Shown here: in pieces, positions 1 to 13,967 of the stretch | Layout of the letters: each line of letters begins with the position of its first letter | Numbering within the stretch: position 1 is the first letter of the stretch | Assembly: GCA_002104945.1 (NCBI GenBank) | Contig: MCFH01000025.1 | Location: forward strand, 685,540 to 749,539 | Reading direction: 5' to 3' | Source: Piromyces finnis finn | Lineage: Eukaryota > Fungi > Neocallimastigomycota | DNA length: 64,000 nt | Made by a program: the position numbers and the translations under genes | Notes under the pieces: generated by a model | Told to the model about the DNA's origin: nothing | Seen by the model: the letters and a program-made list of their open reading frames with translations, nothing else | The model's database searches: none

Positions 1-2884
1 AGCATTATTTATTTCTTCGTCTGAAGGAAGTTTTGATTCATCCTTTTTATCTTTTTTGGTTTCCTTCTTTTTTTCAGTCTTAGTTTCTTTAGTTTCTTTC
101 TTATCTTCCTTTTTAACATCACCCTTTTTTTCATTCTTCTTAGTTTCCTTGGCCTTAGTTTCCTTGACCTTAGTTTCTTTAGCCTTAGTTTCTTTAGCCT
201 TGGTTTCCTTAGCCTTGGTTTCCTTAGCTTTGGTTTCCTTAGTCTTGGTTTCTTTAGCCTTGGTTTCTTTAGCCTTGGTTTCTTTAGCCTTGGTTTCTTT
301 AGCCTTGGTTTCTTTAGCCTTGGTTTCTTTAGCCTTGGTTTCTTTAGCCTTGGTTTCCTTAGCCTTGGTTTCTTTAGCCTTGGTTTCCTTAGCCTTGGTT
401 TCCTTAGCCTTGGTTTCTTTAGCCTTAATTTCCTTGGCTGGGGTTTCATCGGCTGGAGTTTCATCAGCTGGAGTTTTTTCGACTGGAGTTTCTTCGGCTG
501 GAGTTTCTTTGGCTGGAGTTTCATCAGCTGGAGTTTTTTCGACTGGAGTTTTTTCGACTGAGGTTTCTTTGACTGAGGTTTCTTCGGTTGGGGTTTCATT
601 TTTATCATCAACATCCATTTCATCTGTTTTTTCATCACCCTTTGGAACTTCTACAGTAGTATCTTCGGCCATTTTATCATCTTCTTCATCATGAACTTCA
701 GCTTCAGATTTTGGTACAACTTTTCTTTTCTTAACAATTTTCTTTTCTCCTTCTGCTTCAGAAGCTGCTGCCTTTTTAGTACGTTTCTTAGGTGATGGCT
801 TAGTTTCAGTCTTTTCATCAATAGTTTTCTTTTCTTTTGCTGATTTAGTTTCAGCTTTCTTTTCGGTTGTTTTCTTTTCTTTTTCATTAGTCTTCTTTTC
901 AGCTGTTTTCTTTGTAGTAGCCTTCTTTTCTACCGACTTTTTTTTAGTAGTGTCTTTTTTTTCTACTGACTTCTTTTCCTTTTTATCAGTCTTTTCTTCG
1001 ACTTCCTTCTTTTCAACAGCTTTCTTTACCTTTGAGAATTAAAGAAATAAATAATTAATTGTGCATTTTTGTTAATATTGTTGTTGTTGTTGTTTTGTTG
1101 TTGTTGTTGTTTTGTTTTGTTTTGTTTAATTTTTAAAATGTGTAAAATAATTAAATTTAAATAAAATATAGATGATATATATTAAAAAAAAAAAAAAAAA
1201 GAGAGATTTAATATTTAAACTTATTTATTACTCAAAATTATTCAATTATAGCAATTATAATATATACTTCTTTCTTAGCCTTTGTATCTTTAGCTTTTTC
1301 AATAGACTTTTTAACCTTTTCTTTAGTTTCTTTCTTAGCACTCTTTTCCTTAGAAATAGTTTTCTTTGTCACCTTCTTAACCTTTGGTTTAGCCTTAACT
1401 TTACCCTTTGAATTGACTAACTTGTTAGCAATAACTTCTTCTTCATACTTTTGTTGTTGTTCTGGTGTTAATTCCTCCCACATTTTCTTAATATCTTCCA
1501 TAATAGCTTTACTGTTTTTCTTTGTTGCTTTATCATCTTTTTCTTCTTCACCTTCTTTCTTTTCTGGTTCATCAGTTGTTTTAGCATCCTTAAGTTCCTT
1601 TTTCTTTTCAGCAACAAACATTTCATAGGCAACCTTAGAAACAGCATTATTATAAAGTTTACCTTTTTTACAATTTAATAGCAGTATAATCCATTTTAAT
1701 TAATGTTTTCAAACAATCCATAAATTTATTATACATTATAAATAAAATATCATTATTTTAAAATTCGATAAATATATTTACCATTCTTTGTTTCTGATTC
1801 AGATGGGGTTCTTAAAAAGTCAATAATTCTAGAAATAATAACAACCTTTTTCAAAAATTAAATCCAAAAAATAATAAATATTATTATTAAAAAAATGTTG
1901 ATAATTAATATATTATAGACTTGAGATATTTGTATGCATTAATGTAATTACCTTGGTACCGCCAACATCTAAATTTAATAATTGGCAAAGTTCCTTTAAA
2001 CCTGATAACATCCATACACCTAACTTATCTTCAAGAGCTTCTTCTTTCTATTAATTAAAATGTAATTAGCAATTCAAGTGATATGTAATTAGAATATTAA
2101 AAAAAAAATACAAAGCATTCTATTATTTTAATTTTGATCGGTTAACAAATGTACATACTTCTTCCTTTTCTTTTTCATCAAAATCAAAACCACAGAATTG
2201 ACGAATATTTGATTTAATAGACTTTTGCTATTGGGATTAATACATAATGTTAAAAAAAAAACAATAATAAATTTTAATACTCAAAAAAAAATTATACTAT
2301 ATATAGTATCAATAAGACTGCATACATCACCAGCTCTTCCATATAATAATCTATGTAAACCCTTTAAAATTTCGTCATTAGTTTCCATCTTACCAATATT
2401 TTCATTAACTATTAATATTAATATAAAATAAATTCATCATATAAATTAGATTATTTAGATAATATTTATTAATATTACTTTTATATTATTTTTACTTACT
2501 AGTCTTAATTTCACTAAGTTTCTTTCCTTTTCCCTATTATAATATAATTAATTGTATAATAGTACATATATATATATGTATTTATGTATATATATGGTAT
2601 ATATAATAAAAAAAATGAATAATTTAATTTTTAAACAATAATAATAATTAAAATGAATGATCACTATTTCATGACATTTCTTCATTTAAAATATATAACA
2701 ATTGTTTATTGAAATTAACCTTTGGAATTTCTAACTTTTTTTTAGTTTTTAATGGGCCAGAAGGCATTTCCAAACGTTGAACCGGTTTTCTAATTCTCAT
2801 TGGTGTTATTAATTCAGAAAGTTTTCCTTCATCTTTCTTATCTGTAACAACTTCAGTTTCCGACTTCTTATCTTTACTGCTCAT
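1..2884 (-). CDS. DEK-like chromatin protein (SAP-like region, HMG-box-like segment, pentapeptide repeats, start of DEK_C domain); 3' end runs off the window
   Basis: Manual GT-AG splicing gives exons 2884-2720, 2533-2500, 2408-2326, 2227-2159, 2047-1952, ~1845-1782 (acceptor tentative), 1662-1268 and 1029-<1. Translation: RIRKPVQRLE..EIPKGKGKKLSEI..LKGLHRLLYGRAG..IKSNIRQFCGF..LSGLKELCQLLNLDVGGTK..IIDFL (DEK-type), ending SKLPSDEEINNA (typical DEK_C start). Confidence 0.8.
141..600 (-). repeat. Coding 15-nt tandem repeats: ~20 x KETKA, preceded in the protein by ~10 x ETP[A/V]x
   Basis: (ttggtttc[t/c]ttagcc)n is visible directly and is in frame with the last DEK exon. Confidence 0.9.
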
Positions 2885-4476
2885 TTTAAATTATTATTGT
2901 ACGATTGTCTACTATTAATTTATTTTTCAAACTTAAATGTGTTTATAAAACACCCTAATGACATAAAATAATATTTGCATTAAAAAAGAAAATAAATTAA
3001 TTATTTATTTTTGTTTGTTTGTTTGTTTTAATTATTATTTCTTTAATTATTTATTTACAGTAAACAAAATAAAAATATATAATAAAATAAATTATATCTG
3101 TTTAGTAATGCTATTGTTCAATGATTTAACCAAAATATTATAAATAATACTTTTAATGATCTAATTATTTTATCAATTGTCTTACTATTGAAAAAGATTT
3201 CTTTTTTTAATATCAATGCATTCCCAATATCATTAATACATATATTACATGTATTAAAAAGAATAAATAATTGTAATGGGTAAGAGTTTTAATATAGAGA
3301 ATATTAAACTCTTTAATGCTTTGTTATTTTTTTTAAAAAAAATAAAAAAAAAAAAAAAATTGAAAATTTGATTTCTCTAATTTAATAATTTATAATGTTA
3401 CAGTTTTCATAAAGTTCAAAAAATATTAAAATAATGCAACTCTCTATTTCAACTCTTTATTTTGAAATTTAAATGTTCCTTTTTTTGTTTTGTTCTTTAA
3501 AAATCTCTAGTTAATGTTGACGTCTCCTTGTAAATATTAAAATTTATTATTTCTTTTTTTTTTTTTTTGTTCTATAATGATTCAATATACCATAGATAAT
3601 ATATATTTCATTATTATATAAACCACTTATAATCCAAGATATGAAAACTTTTTATTATTTTCTATATACTTTTATATATATACATTAAAAAGAGAAAGAG
3701 AAATATAAAAAAAAAAGTTAGTTTTTTTTTTTATTTTACCTTTACCAAAAAAAAAATTAAATAAAATAATTGTTATTATTATTTATTTGTTTATAATATA
3801 ACTTTATCAAATATATTTTCTTTTATTCCTTTAATATAACTTTGTGTATTAGCACAATTGTATCTTCTTCTCTAAAATAAATGAATATTTATTTTATTTT
3901 AAAAAAAAAAAAAGAAAAGAAGAAATAAAAGAAAAAGAAAAAAAAGAATTAAAATTAAGAAAAAAAAAAAAAAAAGTTTTTTTTAAGTGAATCTTACATT
4001 TTTACAAAATTTTAAATCAATAATTCAATTTCAATTGAATGCAATATATGATACTAATATATTATACTATTTCATTTTATATCAATTTTGAAAATATTGT
4101 CTGCTTTATTTTTCATGATTTTAAAAATTATCATAAATATATAAATGTATAAATAATTTAAAAAATAAATAAATATACTAATAAATAAATAAATAGATGT
4201 ATTTTAATTTGTTTAATAAATTAAAATATTATAAAAAATTGAACTTTAAAAAAAAAAAAAGAGCATAGTTTATAATACATATTTTATTTAAATGTATTAT
4301 AAACGAATAATAAAACATATTTAAATTTTACTTTACTATTACAACTATCAATTTTCATATATAACATATATATTCATAATTAGTAAGTAATTCTCTACAA
4401 AAATAACAGTTGATTTACTGCCTGTCTCTGAATCCATTAGTAATTGATAAATAATATATTATTATAATTATTATTA

Positions 4477-4477
<1 letters not shown>

Positions 4478-4560
<83 letters not shown>
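4478..4560. repeat. (TTA)n microsatellite
   Basis: Direct inspection. Confidence 0.95.
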
Positions 4561-4561
<1 letters not shown>

Positions 4562-7500
4562 TGTAATAATAATGTAGTAATAATAGTATTTTTTTTTATA
4601 TAGGAGATTCCATGATTTAAAATGTTTACTACACTATAATTTTGTCTATGACATTACTTCAATATTTGTCAAAAAGATTATTATAATAGAAAATAAAAAC
4701 TATTAGCAAGTTGTTTTTTTTTTAATTAGTTGTCATTGCAATAAACTATTTTATTTTATATTTACAATTATAAATGTTTTTTATATACAATAAATGTATT
4801 CTCTTACATTATTTAAAATAGCTCTTTAAAAACTATTAATTATTTGAGAATAAAATATATAAATTTTATAAAGTTTACAAAGTTTTATTTATTTATTAAC
4901 TAGTACCAAATCTGTGATGCAAAATTTTCTGAAAAAGAAAAATATTTTGGTTACCATTCATATTTTATAATATTTGATTGTTCTTTAATAAACCATTTAC
5001 ATTTATTGATTTTTTTTATTTCTTACTTATTGTTAGTAAATGAGTAAATTTCAGTGTTTATTATATAATAATAATGATATAAAATACTTTAAAAGTTTTT
5101 AATATCATTTATATAATAATTAATAAAAAAAAATAATAATAATATTCAGTTATATAGTAAATATTATTCTACTCATCATATTTTCCCATTAAGTATTAAA
5201 TATTTAATAATAATTTTTATCTTTATTGTCCTGTATATCATTAAAAAAAAAAAAAAAAAAGCTTTTACAAAAATATCTTTAAATATATAATATTTTCTTT
5301 TTTTTTTTTCCAAGTATTAAAAGGATATTACTTTTAATTTAAATATTAAAAAGGATAAAAACTTAAAATTATAATAATAATTAATGATAGTGAAAAAAAT
5401 AACAAATATTAGTATACGAGATGAAAAGAAGAAACATTAACATCTAAATATAATCATAATTTATAAATTTAAAAATGAAAAAACTTTAATCACTTATAAA
5501 TAGAAAATTACTAATGAATAAATTTATTATTATACAAAAACACTCATTTAGTTAGTTGGTTGGTTAAATTGTTGATTATTCTTAATATACAAGATTTGTA
5601 TTAAATACTAATAAATTTAAGAATTAATTTTTATAGTCTTTTCTTCTTTCTTTATACAATTAATCTTTTCTTTATTCATATTCATTATTTTTTAGCTGTA
5701 TTCATAACAACTTATGTTGATTATACTAATTTAAGGGCTCTATCAAAAATGTTGTGGTAAAGATAATACCTTATTGATACTTTCAATGATAAGCATATTG
5801 GAATACATAAAATCAAAAGATTTTATTAATCTATAGTTGTGTAACATTAATTAAAATAATAATTATTAAAGTTTATTATTAAAAAAAACTTTTTTAAAAG
5901 ATTTCGATTTATAAAAAGTATCATAAAGATGCTTTATTATCTATAATATATATATATATATATATTAATAAAGAAAATGGGGCTTTCTATTAATTATGAA
6001 TTTCAACTTTATTAATTTATTACTTATAGTAATAAAAAAAGAAATGCTACTACTAAATTAATTAATATTACCTTTTCTTTTAATAATACATTCTTCACAT
6101 ATGAAATATTCCTAACCCTAATTTTAAAATATTAAATTTAAATGATTAGGTTCTATTCCTTTAACTATATAACTAAAAAAAAATATATATATATATATAG
6201 AAGTAGTTTTACAAAACTATCCATTAAATAAACTATAAATTATTGAATACTTCTTATGAAAATAGTTTTAAGAGAAAAAATAAAGTAAGTAATCTTTCGT
6301 AATAAGAGTAATAATTCTATAAATGCTTATTCATTATTCATATATCTTTTATTTTACCCAAATTCTTTTAATAAAAAGTATTGAAAGAAATGTTAGTTAT
6401 TATAAACTAAAAAACAACAACATAAAACTTTATAAATTCATTTTATTTAAAACACAATCTTATAAAAAAAAAAGTATGATGAAAAATATATAAAAAATAA
6501 GTAATTATACCTTTTATATATTTTTAGCATAATATCATAATGTTCAAACAAATAATTAAAGAGTACAACAATAACAAGAGCATCAATAATTTCAGCAGTA
6601 GTAAGATAAAAACAACAACAGCAACAGCAACAGTAATCGTTATCATAACAGTCAATTAATAATAACAATAATAATATAATAATATTTTTTTTATATTAAT
6701 TAAAAAGATGTGGAACAATCCAGAACTAATTAAATTTTTTTATTTCAGTTTCCCTTTTTTTTAATTGTATATTAATATTTAAATGGATTATCATATTAAT
6801 TAAAAAAAATATTAAAAAGTAAATCCAAAAAAGAATAATAGTAATGAATCAATGAAAATGTTATATATAAATATTATTATTATATATAGGATAAATCCAT
6901 TATGGAGAAAAAAAACATTTTTTTTTTCATTTTAGTATACAATTATTTTTTTTATTATTATTATATAAATAAATAAGATATTTAAAATTATCTAGGTTCA
7001 TTACTTTTTTCTTTTACCTTTTGTAAATGTTTTAATAGCATTAATACAAAAAGTTTTTTAATACATTATTTGTTTTTTATTTTAATAAATTACAACATGA
7101 TTGGTTAACATCATTTAATAATTACGTAAGTAAAATGTTACACATATTTGTGTAATTTTATAATTTTAATCTATACTTTTTTGTGAAATATTTCTAATTA
7201 ATTAAAAAACAAAAGGAAACTTTATAAATTAAAAGATGTATTGTTCATTCTAATTTCATTATAAATTAATATATTAATATGTATTCCATAATATATTATA
7301 TTAATATTAAAATGTTTGAAATTTTTAATTAATTATAGGAAAAAAGATAAATTTTTATTCTAAAAATATTACGATCATTTTAATTCAGTATATATTGCAA
7401 TTAATTGTCTATTTATTTAAATAATTTAATATATTTTAATAATAGTTTATTGTAATATATTACTTTAATATATAAATGTATAATTCATATAAGCTAATTA

Positions 7501-7569
7501 AAATAAAATTTAATTTATTTATTAGTACATAATTAATAAAATAATAAGCCATGAATAAAAGATAGATAA

Positions 7570-7578
7570 TTAAATAAA

Positions 7579-7618
<40 letters not shown>

Positions 7619-7641
7619 ATTAAATAAATAAATAAATAAAA

Positions 7642-7672
<31 letters not shown>

Positions 7673-7675
7673 ATA
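7570..7675. repeat. (AAAT)n microsatellite
   Basis: Direct inspection. Confidence 0.9.
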
Positions 7676-9224
7676 CTAATGAAGGAATGTTAAAACCTGT
7701 TTTCTTTAAAATTAAATTAGAAATTAGTAATACTATTACTTTTGCTAATGATATGTAGTTTCATATTGTTAAAATGAACAATTTGTAAAGTATATTTTTG
7801 TTGTTATTCCTAAATTGTTTAATCTTATCTATCAAGTATATAAATGATTTATTTTGGTGAGTAATTTTGATCAAGAAAAAGTGGTAAAATTGTAAGAGGA
7901 CTTGCTTCATTTATATTACTATTATAACTCTTTATTAATTATCATTTATAAGTAATATACTATCTATTTATTTACTATTGTTTTTATATTATAATCATTT
8001 TTATAATCTCTTTATAGAAATATATTTATTAATATTCTTTTTTTTTTTTTGTCCTTTCTTTTCATGATCGTACTAATTTAACCAAGTCATCCATACAAAT
8101 GCTATTAATAAATAATTATTTTTACTATAAATTGTATTTAAATAAAAGTGAAATTCATTTAATTATCTACTTTTAAGTATATATTTCACTTCCCAATTTC
8201 ATCGTATTAAACCGATTATACAAATACAATTATATAGTAAAAAAAACAATACCATTTTTATTGAACCGTATTTCTTTTACAATTAACCAAAAACATGTTC
8301 CTATTTATTTACATTTATATAAATTCTACGCAGTTAAATAAAACCTTTATTTAACCTATTCCTTCGTTGTGGAAAAATAGAAGAGTTTAACCCTCTTTAT
8401 CAATAATCGAATTATTATTTATTTATATATATATAAAGTATTTATTTATTTATATAATATTATTTATTTATTTATTTATTATTTATTTATTTATTTCCTA
8501 TGATGGATTCAAAAAAAGTTTATAATTTTTTTATTAATACAAAAATGGTAATACTATGACAAATAAGGAAATAGTTAAAACTAGAACTATATGAATGATT
8601 TAAATATATTTTCATATATAAATAGCTTTTATTAATATATTCCATTTAATAAATATATATAAACATTATAATATTAATATATGTAATAATAAAGTCTTAT
8701 AGAAAATAGTGCTAATATAAAAACTATGTTATATTTAATATATTACATTCATATATAATTATATATGAATATGATATATAATATAGGATGAAACTATAAA
8801 ATTCAATGTAATATAATAGTATCCAATTTAATATAAAATTAAATTTATTAGTTTTAATAAAAAATGAATTGTTAATTTAAATAATAAATAATTTACAATA
8901 TATTCTAATATATATGCCGAAATTTTGTTTTTTTTTTTTTTTTTGAAATAGAAAAAATAGTTGGGAATAAAAAAAAAGTATGGCATCATCATATATCCAT
9001 GAATAAGAAAATATAATTATCAGAAATTATGAAGGAATAAATAAATAATAAGAATTAATAATAAATTATATATATTAATATATTTATTTTTATATAATAA
9101 TAATTAAAATATATTAATTAATAAAAATTGAAAACATATAAATATAAAACTATTTACTCTTTTTTTCACCTTTTTTTACTATTCTTGTTATTATCAAGAA
9201 ATAATTATATTTATTTAATTAACA

Positions 9225-11064
9225 ATGCAAAAGCCAACTAGAAAGTACACTTACAGAGAAGTTGATGAATCCGAAGTCGTCTCTGCTCTTGAAGATATCT
9301 TCGTTATTCGTCCACAAGTAAATATCATTAATATTATTTAAAAAAGTATTCATAAACAAACAAATAATCAAAAAAAAAAAAAAATAAATAAATAAATAAA
9401 TATAAATTAGAAAAAAGAAGAGAAAGATAAAGGGGATAAATTAAAAATCTCATTAATTCAAATGTTATTGATAACATTTGAATAAAAATAATATAAATAA
9501 ATAACTACAAAATAATAAAAGATTGAAAATATGGATTGCGAAAAAATAAATAAATTCAAAGGATATTTATATATCATTAGAAAAAAAAAAGATTAAAATA
9601 TATAGAAATTAATATGTATTTTTTTTTCTTTTAGAGTAAAAATTAACAAGTTTCATTTTAATTTTTAATTCATTACAAAAAAAAATTAGACTCTCCGTAA
9701 CATTTGCAAACACTTTGTTAATGAATTAACTTTAGGTCTTAAGGAAGATGGTCACACTTTAAAGATGATTCCATCTTACGTTTCCCGCAGACCAAATGGT
9801 AAGGAAACTGGTTCTTACCTTGCTTTAGATCTTGGAGGTAATAATTATTTTATATAATATTGAGCATTGTATAATAATTGAAATAGTAATAATAACAGAA
9901 AATAACAATTAAAATTTAATTAAAATGATTAAATCAGGTACCAACTTCCGTGTCTGTGAAGTTTACCTTGAAGGTGATTCTAAGGTTCGTCTTACTCAAA
10001 AGAAGTTCACTATTCCAGATTACGCCAAGTGTGGTCAATCTGATGTTCTTTTCGATTTCCTTGCTGACTCTGTTCTTACTTTCATTACTGAAAACAACAT
10101 CCCAACTGAAACTGATATTCCACTCGGTTTCACTTTCTCCTTCCCAGTTAACCAAACCGCTCTTGACAAGGGTTACTTAATGGGTTGGACTAAGGGTTTC
10201 GACTGCAAGGATACCGTTGGTAAGGATGTCGTTGAACTCTTAAATGAAGCCTTAGCTAGAAAGAACGTTAAGGTTCACGTTTCTGCTCTTGTTAATGATA
10301 CCGTTGGTACTTTAATGTCCCACGCCTACAATGACCCAGGTACCTTCGTTGGTGTTATTCTTGGTACTGGTACAAACGCTGCCTACGTTGAAAAGGTTTC
10401 TGCCATTCCAAAATGGAAGGGTGGTCCAGTTGAATCTGGTGAAATGATCATCAACTGTGAATGGGGAGCTTTCGATAACGAAAGAGTTGTTCTTCCATTC
10501 AACAAGTACGACCAAAAGATGGATGATGAATCTAACAACAAGGGTGAACAAACCTTCGAAAAGATGATTTCTGGTTTATACCTTGGTGAAATTGTTCGTC
10601 AAGTTATTGTTGACCTTGTCCAACGTCGTGTCTTATTCGGTGGTATCTCTTCTCCAGAAATTGAAACCCCATACAAGTTCGAAACTGCTTACATGTCCAG
10701 AATTGAAAGAGATCACTCCTCTGACCTTCTTGATACTAAGTTAGTTCTTCAAGAACTCCTTAACGTTCCATACCCAGCTCCACGTGATCGTCGTATTGTT
10801 CGTCGTATTTGTGAACTCGTCGCTACTCGTGCTGCTCGTCTTGCTGCCGTCGGTGTTGCTGCCGTCGTTACTAAGATGGACCGTGTCGGTGACGGTTGTA
10901 CCGTTGCTATTGATGGTTCTGTCTACGAACACTACCCACACTTTGGTAACAGAATGAAGGATGCTATTCACGAACTTTTAGGTATGTTCGAAGAAAACGT
11001 TTCCCTTCAACTCGGTAAGGATGGTAGTAGTGTTGGTGCTGGTGTTATTGCTGCTCTTGCTTAA
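9225..11064 (+). CDS. HXK: Hexokinase, 3 exons (9225-9317, 9690-9837, 9939-11064)
   Basis: The spliced product contains LKMIPSYV, LALDLGGTNFRV, PLGFTFSFP, WTKGF, VNDTVGT, ILGTGTNAAY, INCEWGAF, FEKMISGLYLGE, IDGSVYEHYP and DGSSVGA, all canonical hexokinase motifs. Introns are GT-AG. Confidence 0.97.
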
Positions 11065-11935
11065 ATTGATTAAGATAAGCTCGATGCACCTTTTTTCCAT
11101 TAATATTTTATAAGTATTAAGGGAAGAGATGATTATTTAAACATAAAAAAATTAATAGAACCTTTTAATATTTTAAAATATTTAGATTTTATATATTTTT
11201 TTATAAGAATACTTATACAAAGAAGTAATTTAATCTAGTATAAAAAAACAATTTTTTTTATAGATGAAATATTTTTCTATTCTATCCTATTATAATAATT
11301 AATAATACCATTTTTTATTCAAAAGTGCTTACTTCTTTTGAATAAATAATTACAAATTTAAAACAAATTTAGAAAATTGTATTAAAGAACAAAAACAAAC
11401 AAACAAACAACAACAACAACAATACAGCAAAAAAAAAAAAAAAGCAAAGAAATAATTTAAAAGCAAATAAAAGCAAAATAAAAGAAAAATCAAAAGGAAA
11501 AAAAAAATAAATACAAAAAGGAAAAAAACAAAAACAAAAACAAAATAAAATAAAAAATTAAAAAAAAAAAATAAAAATAATAGCAAGTTATTTTACGTGT
11601 TAAAAAAATTTCATTTAAGTTTATGGTTAGTTGAGGGTAGCAATCATTAAAATAATAATTGTGAAAAGTTTAATGTATGGTCCATTTTAAAAAAGTAAAT
11701 TTTTTACTTTATTTGTTTAATTGTTGTATTTTTTTTTTTTTGCTTTGCATTTTTTTTCAAATGTGAGAAATTTTTTTTTTTATATATTAAACCAATTCTA
11801 TGGTACAAATAAACCTTAAAAAAGAGCTATCCACTAATAAATTATATAATACATTAAAAATCAAAGGTTTCAGGTGAAATTATCTCTTTTTTACAAACAA
11901 AAATTTCATTTAAGATAGTATTTTCATTAAAAATA

Positions 11936-12007
11936 GGGCTCAGCCGGGAATTGAACCCGGGACCTCTCGCACCCTAAGCGAGAATCATACCACTAGACCA
12001 CTAAGCC
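11936..12007 (-). tRNA. tRNA-Pro (AGG)
   Basis: Reverse complement GGCTTAGTGGTCTAGTGGTATGATTCTCGCTTAGGGTGCGAGAGGTCCCGGGTTCAATTCCCGGCTGAGCCC folds as a cloverleaf with anticodon AGG. A T5 terminator follows. Confidence 0.97.
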
Positions 12008-12022
12008 ACTCAATTTTGAAAA

Positions 12023-12428
12023 TGATACGAAGAAAAATATTATCTTAATTCTATAAATGAATATAGAAAGTGATAATATTTGTATCTAAAAAATAATATT
12101 TAATAAATAAAATTTAAAGAAAATAAAAATAAATGATTTTTATACTTGTTCATTTTCAAGTATTAGTTAGTTTTATAAAATATAGTTTATTTAATTATAA
12201 ATTTTGATATTTAATAACTCTAGTATTATTAAATATATATTTTATTATTAATACATCTCGGTATGTATGTGAATATAATTATAAGTATTATTTTAATAAA
12301 TTTAATATTATTATCTAATTTTTCTGGATTATTAGGAACAATTTTAAAATAAAATGATTCTATCACTATTTATACAAAATTATTATTTTAAAGTATAATT
12401 ATAAACAAATATAAGCTATTTAATTTAA

Positions 12429-12459
<31 letters not shown>

Positions 12460-12533
12460 TTTACATTTATAATTTTTAATTTAATAATTTTATACATGTT
12501 AATTATTTTAATTTTTAACTATCTGTGTTTTAA

Positions 12534-12570
<37 letters not shown>

Positions 12571-13936
12571 AATTCATAATTTATAAATTTAATTATTTAT
12601 CAATATCTTCGCCCTTAAGATATAACTTCGTCCCTTGAAGTTATGAAAAGAAAAATAATAGATAAAGAATTAAATTTTATAAGTAATTAAAGTTCTTCAT
12701 TTTATTACTTCTTCTTCTTCTTAGGATTTTCTTTTTTCTTTCTTTATATGCATGTTTAATTTTTATTGTCCTCCATTAATTTATTTTTAATATATAATTT
12801 TCCGGATAGTTTTTAATAGTAGCTGCAGTGTCTTTTTCAAATAATTTTATTCTTCATTTATATCCACATTAATTAAAGCTTACTTAAGGTTTATTATTAT
12901 TTAAAGTTTATTTTCTGATACTTTTATTCCATTATCCACAGATTATTTTGAAATTTTTAAAGGCTTTCAGAAGAGCAGGGCAGTTGGAATATAATGTTTT
13001 TCTATATGAGTGAAATATACATTATAATTTTATTATTTTATAATATATAATTGGTATATATTATAATTGATTATGGATTTATAATTGAATTATATTATAA
13101 TGTTTTTGTATTATAATACTAATTTTATTTTAAATAATTTGAATATTTAAAATTTTGATATTAATGTTATTTATTTAATTATTGGAATTAAATATTTGTG
13201 AAATTTTTTTTTTTTATATATATTAATAATATATTGGAATAAATTAATATATATTGTTGAAGTATTGTTAATTCCGATTTTTAATTAATTCTGAAATTAA
13301 TTAAATTTTGTTAAAACTGATGCAGTAGTAGTAGTTTTCTATGGGGAACAGAGAGGTTCACGTAATTCCCTCCGGCCTTAAGACTAGCTACTCAGTAGAT
13401 TTTTGGATTCTCCACCATTTGATACGAAGAAAAATATTATCTTAATTCTATAAATGAATATAGAAAGTGATAATATTTGTATCTAAAATTTAATAAATAA
13501 AAATAAATAAGAAAATAAAAATAGAATGAATGATTTTTATACTTGTTCATTTGCAAGTCTTTGTTAGTTTAAAATATAAAATTATTTTATTTAATTATAA
13601 AGTTTTAATATTTAATAACTCTTGTATTATTAAATATATATATGTTATGGTTTAATACATCTTGAATGTATGTAAATATAATCACAACTATTATTTTAAT
13701 AAAATTTAATATTATTATCTAATTTTACTGGATTATTAGGAACATTTTTAAAAATAAATAATTCTATCACTATTTATACAAAATTATTATTTTAAGATAT
13801 AATTATAAACAAATATAAACTATTTAATTTAAAAAGAAATAAACAATTAAATAAACAAAAAGTTTACATTTATAGTTTTTAATTTAATAATTTTATACAT
13901 GTTAATTATTTTAATTTTCAACTATCTGTGTTTTAA

Positions 13937-13967
<31 letters not shown>

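Noticed and set aside
9-694. ORFs 9-638 (-), 56-694 (+) and 651-887 (-)
   Set aside because: Off-frame or antisense shadows of the repetitive last DEK exon.
2900-9200. 6.3-kb divergent intergenic region between DEK and hexokinase
   Set aside because: Only AT-rich low-complexity sequence; no supportable ORF, RNA gene or repeat element.
13337-13417. GC-rich patch in the small LTR element as a captured 5S/tRNA gene (Cassandra-like)
   Set aside because: No 5S or cloverleaf similarity beyond the 13-nt PBS.
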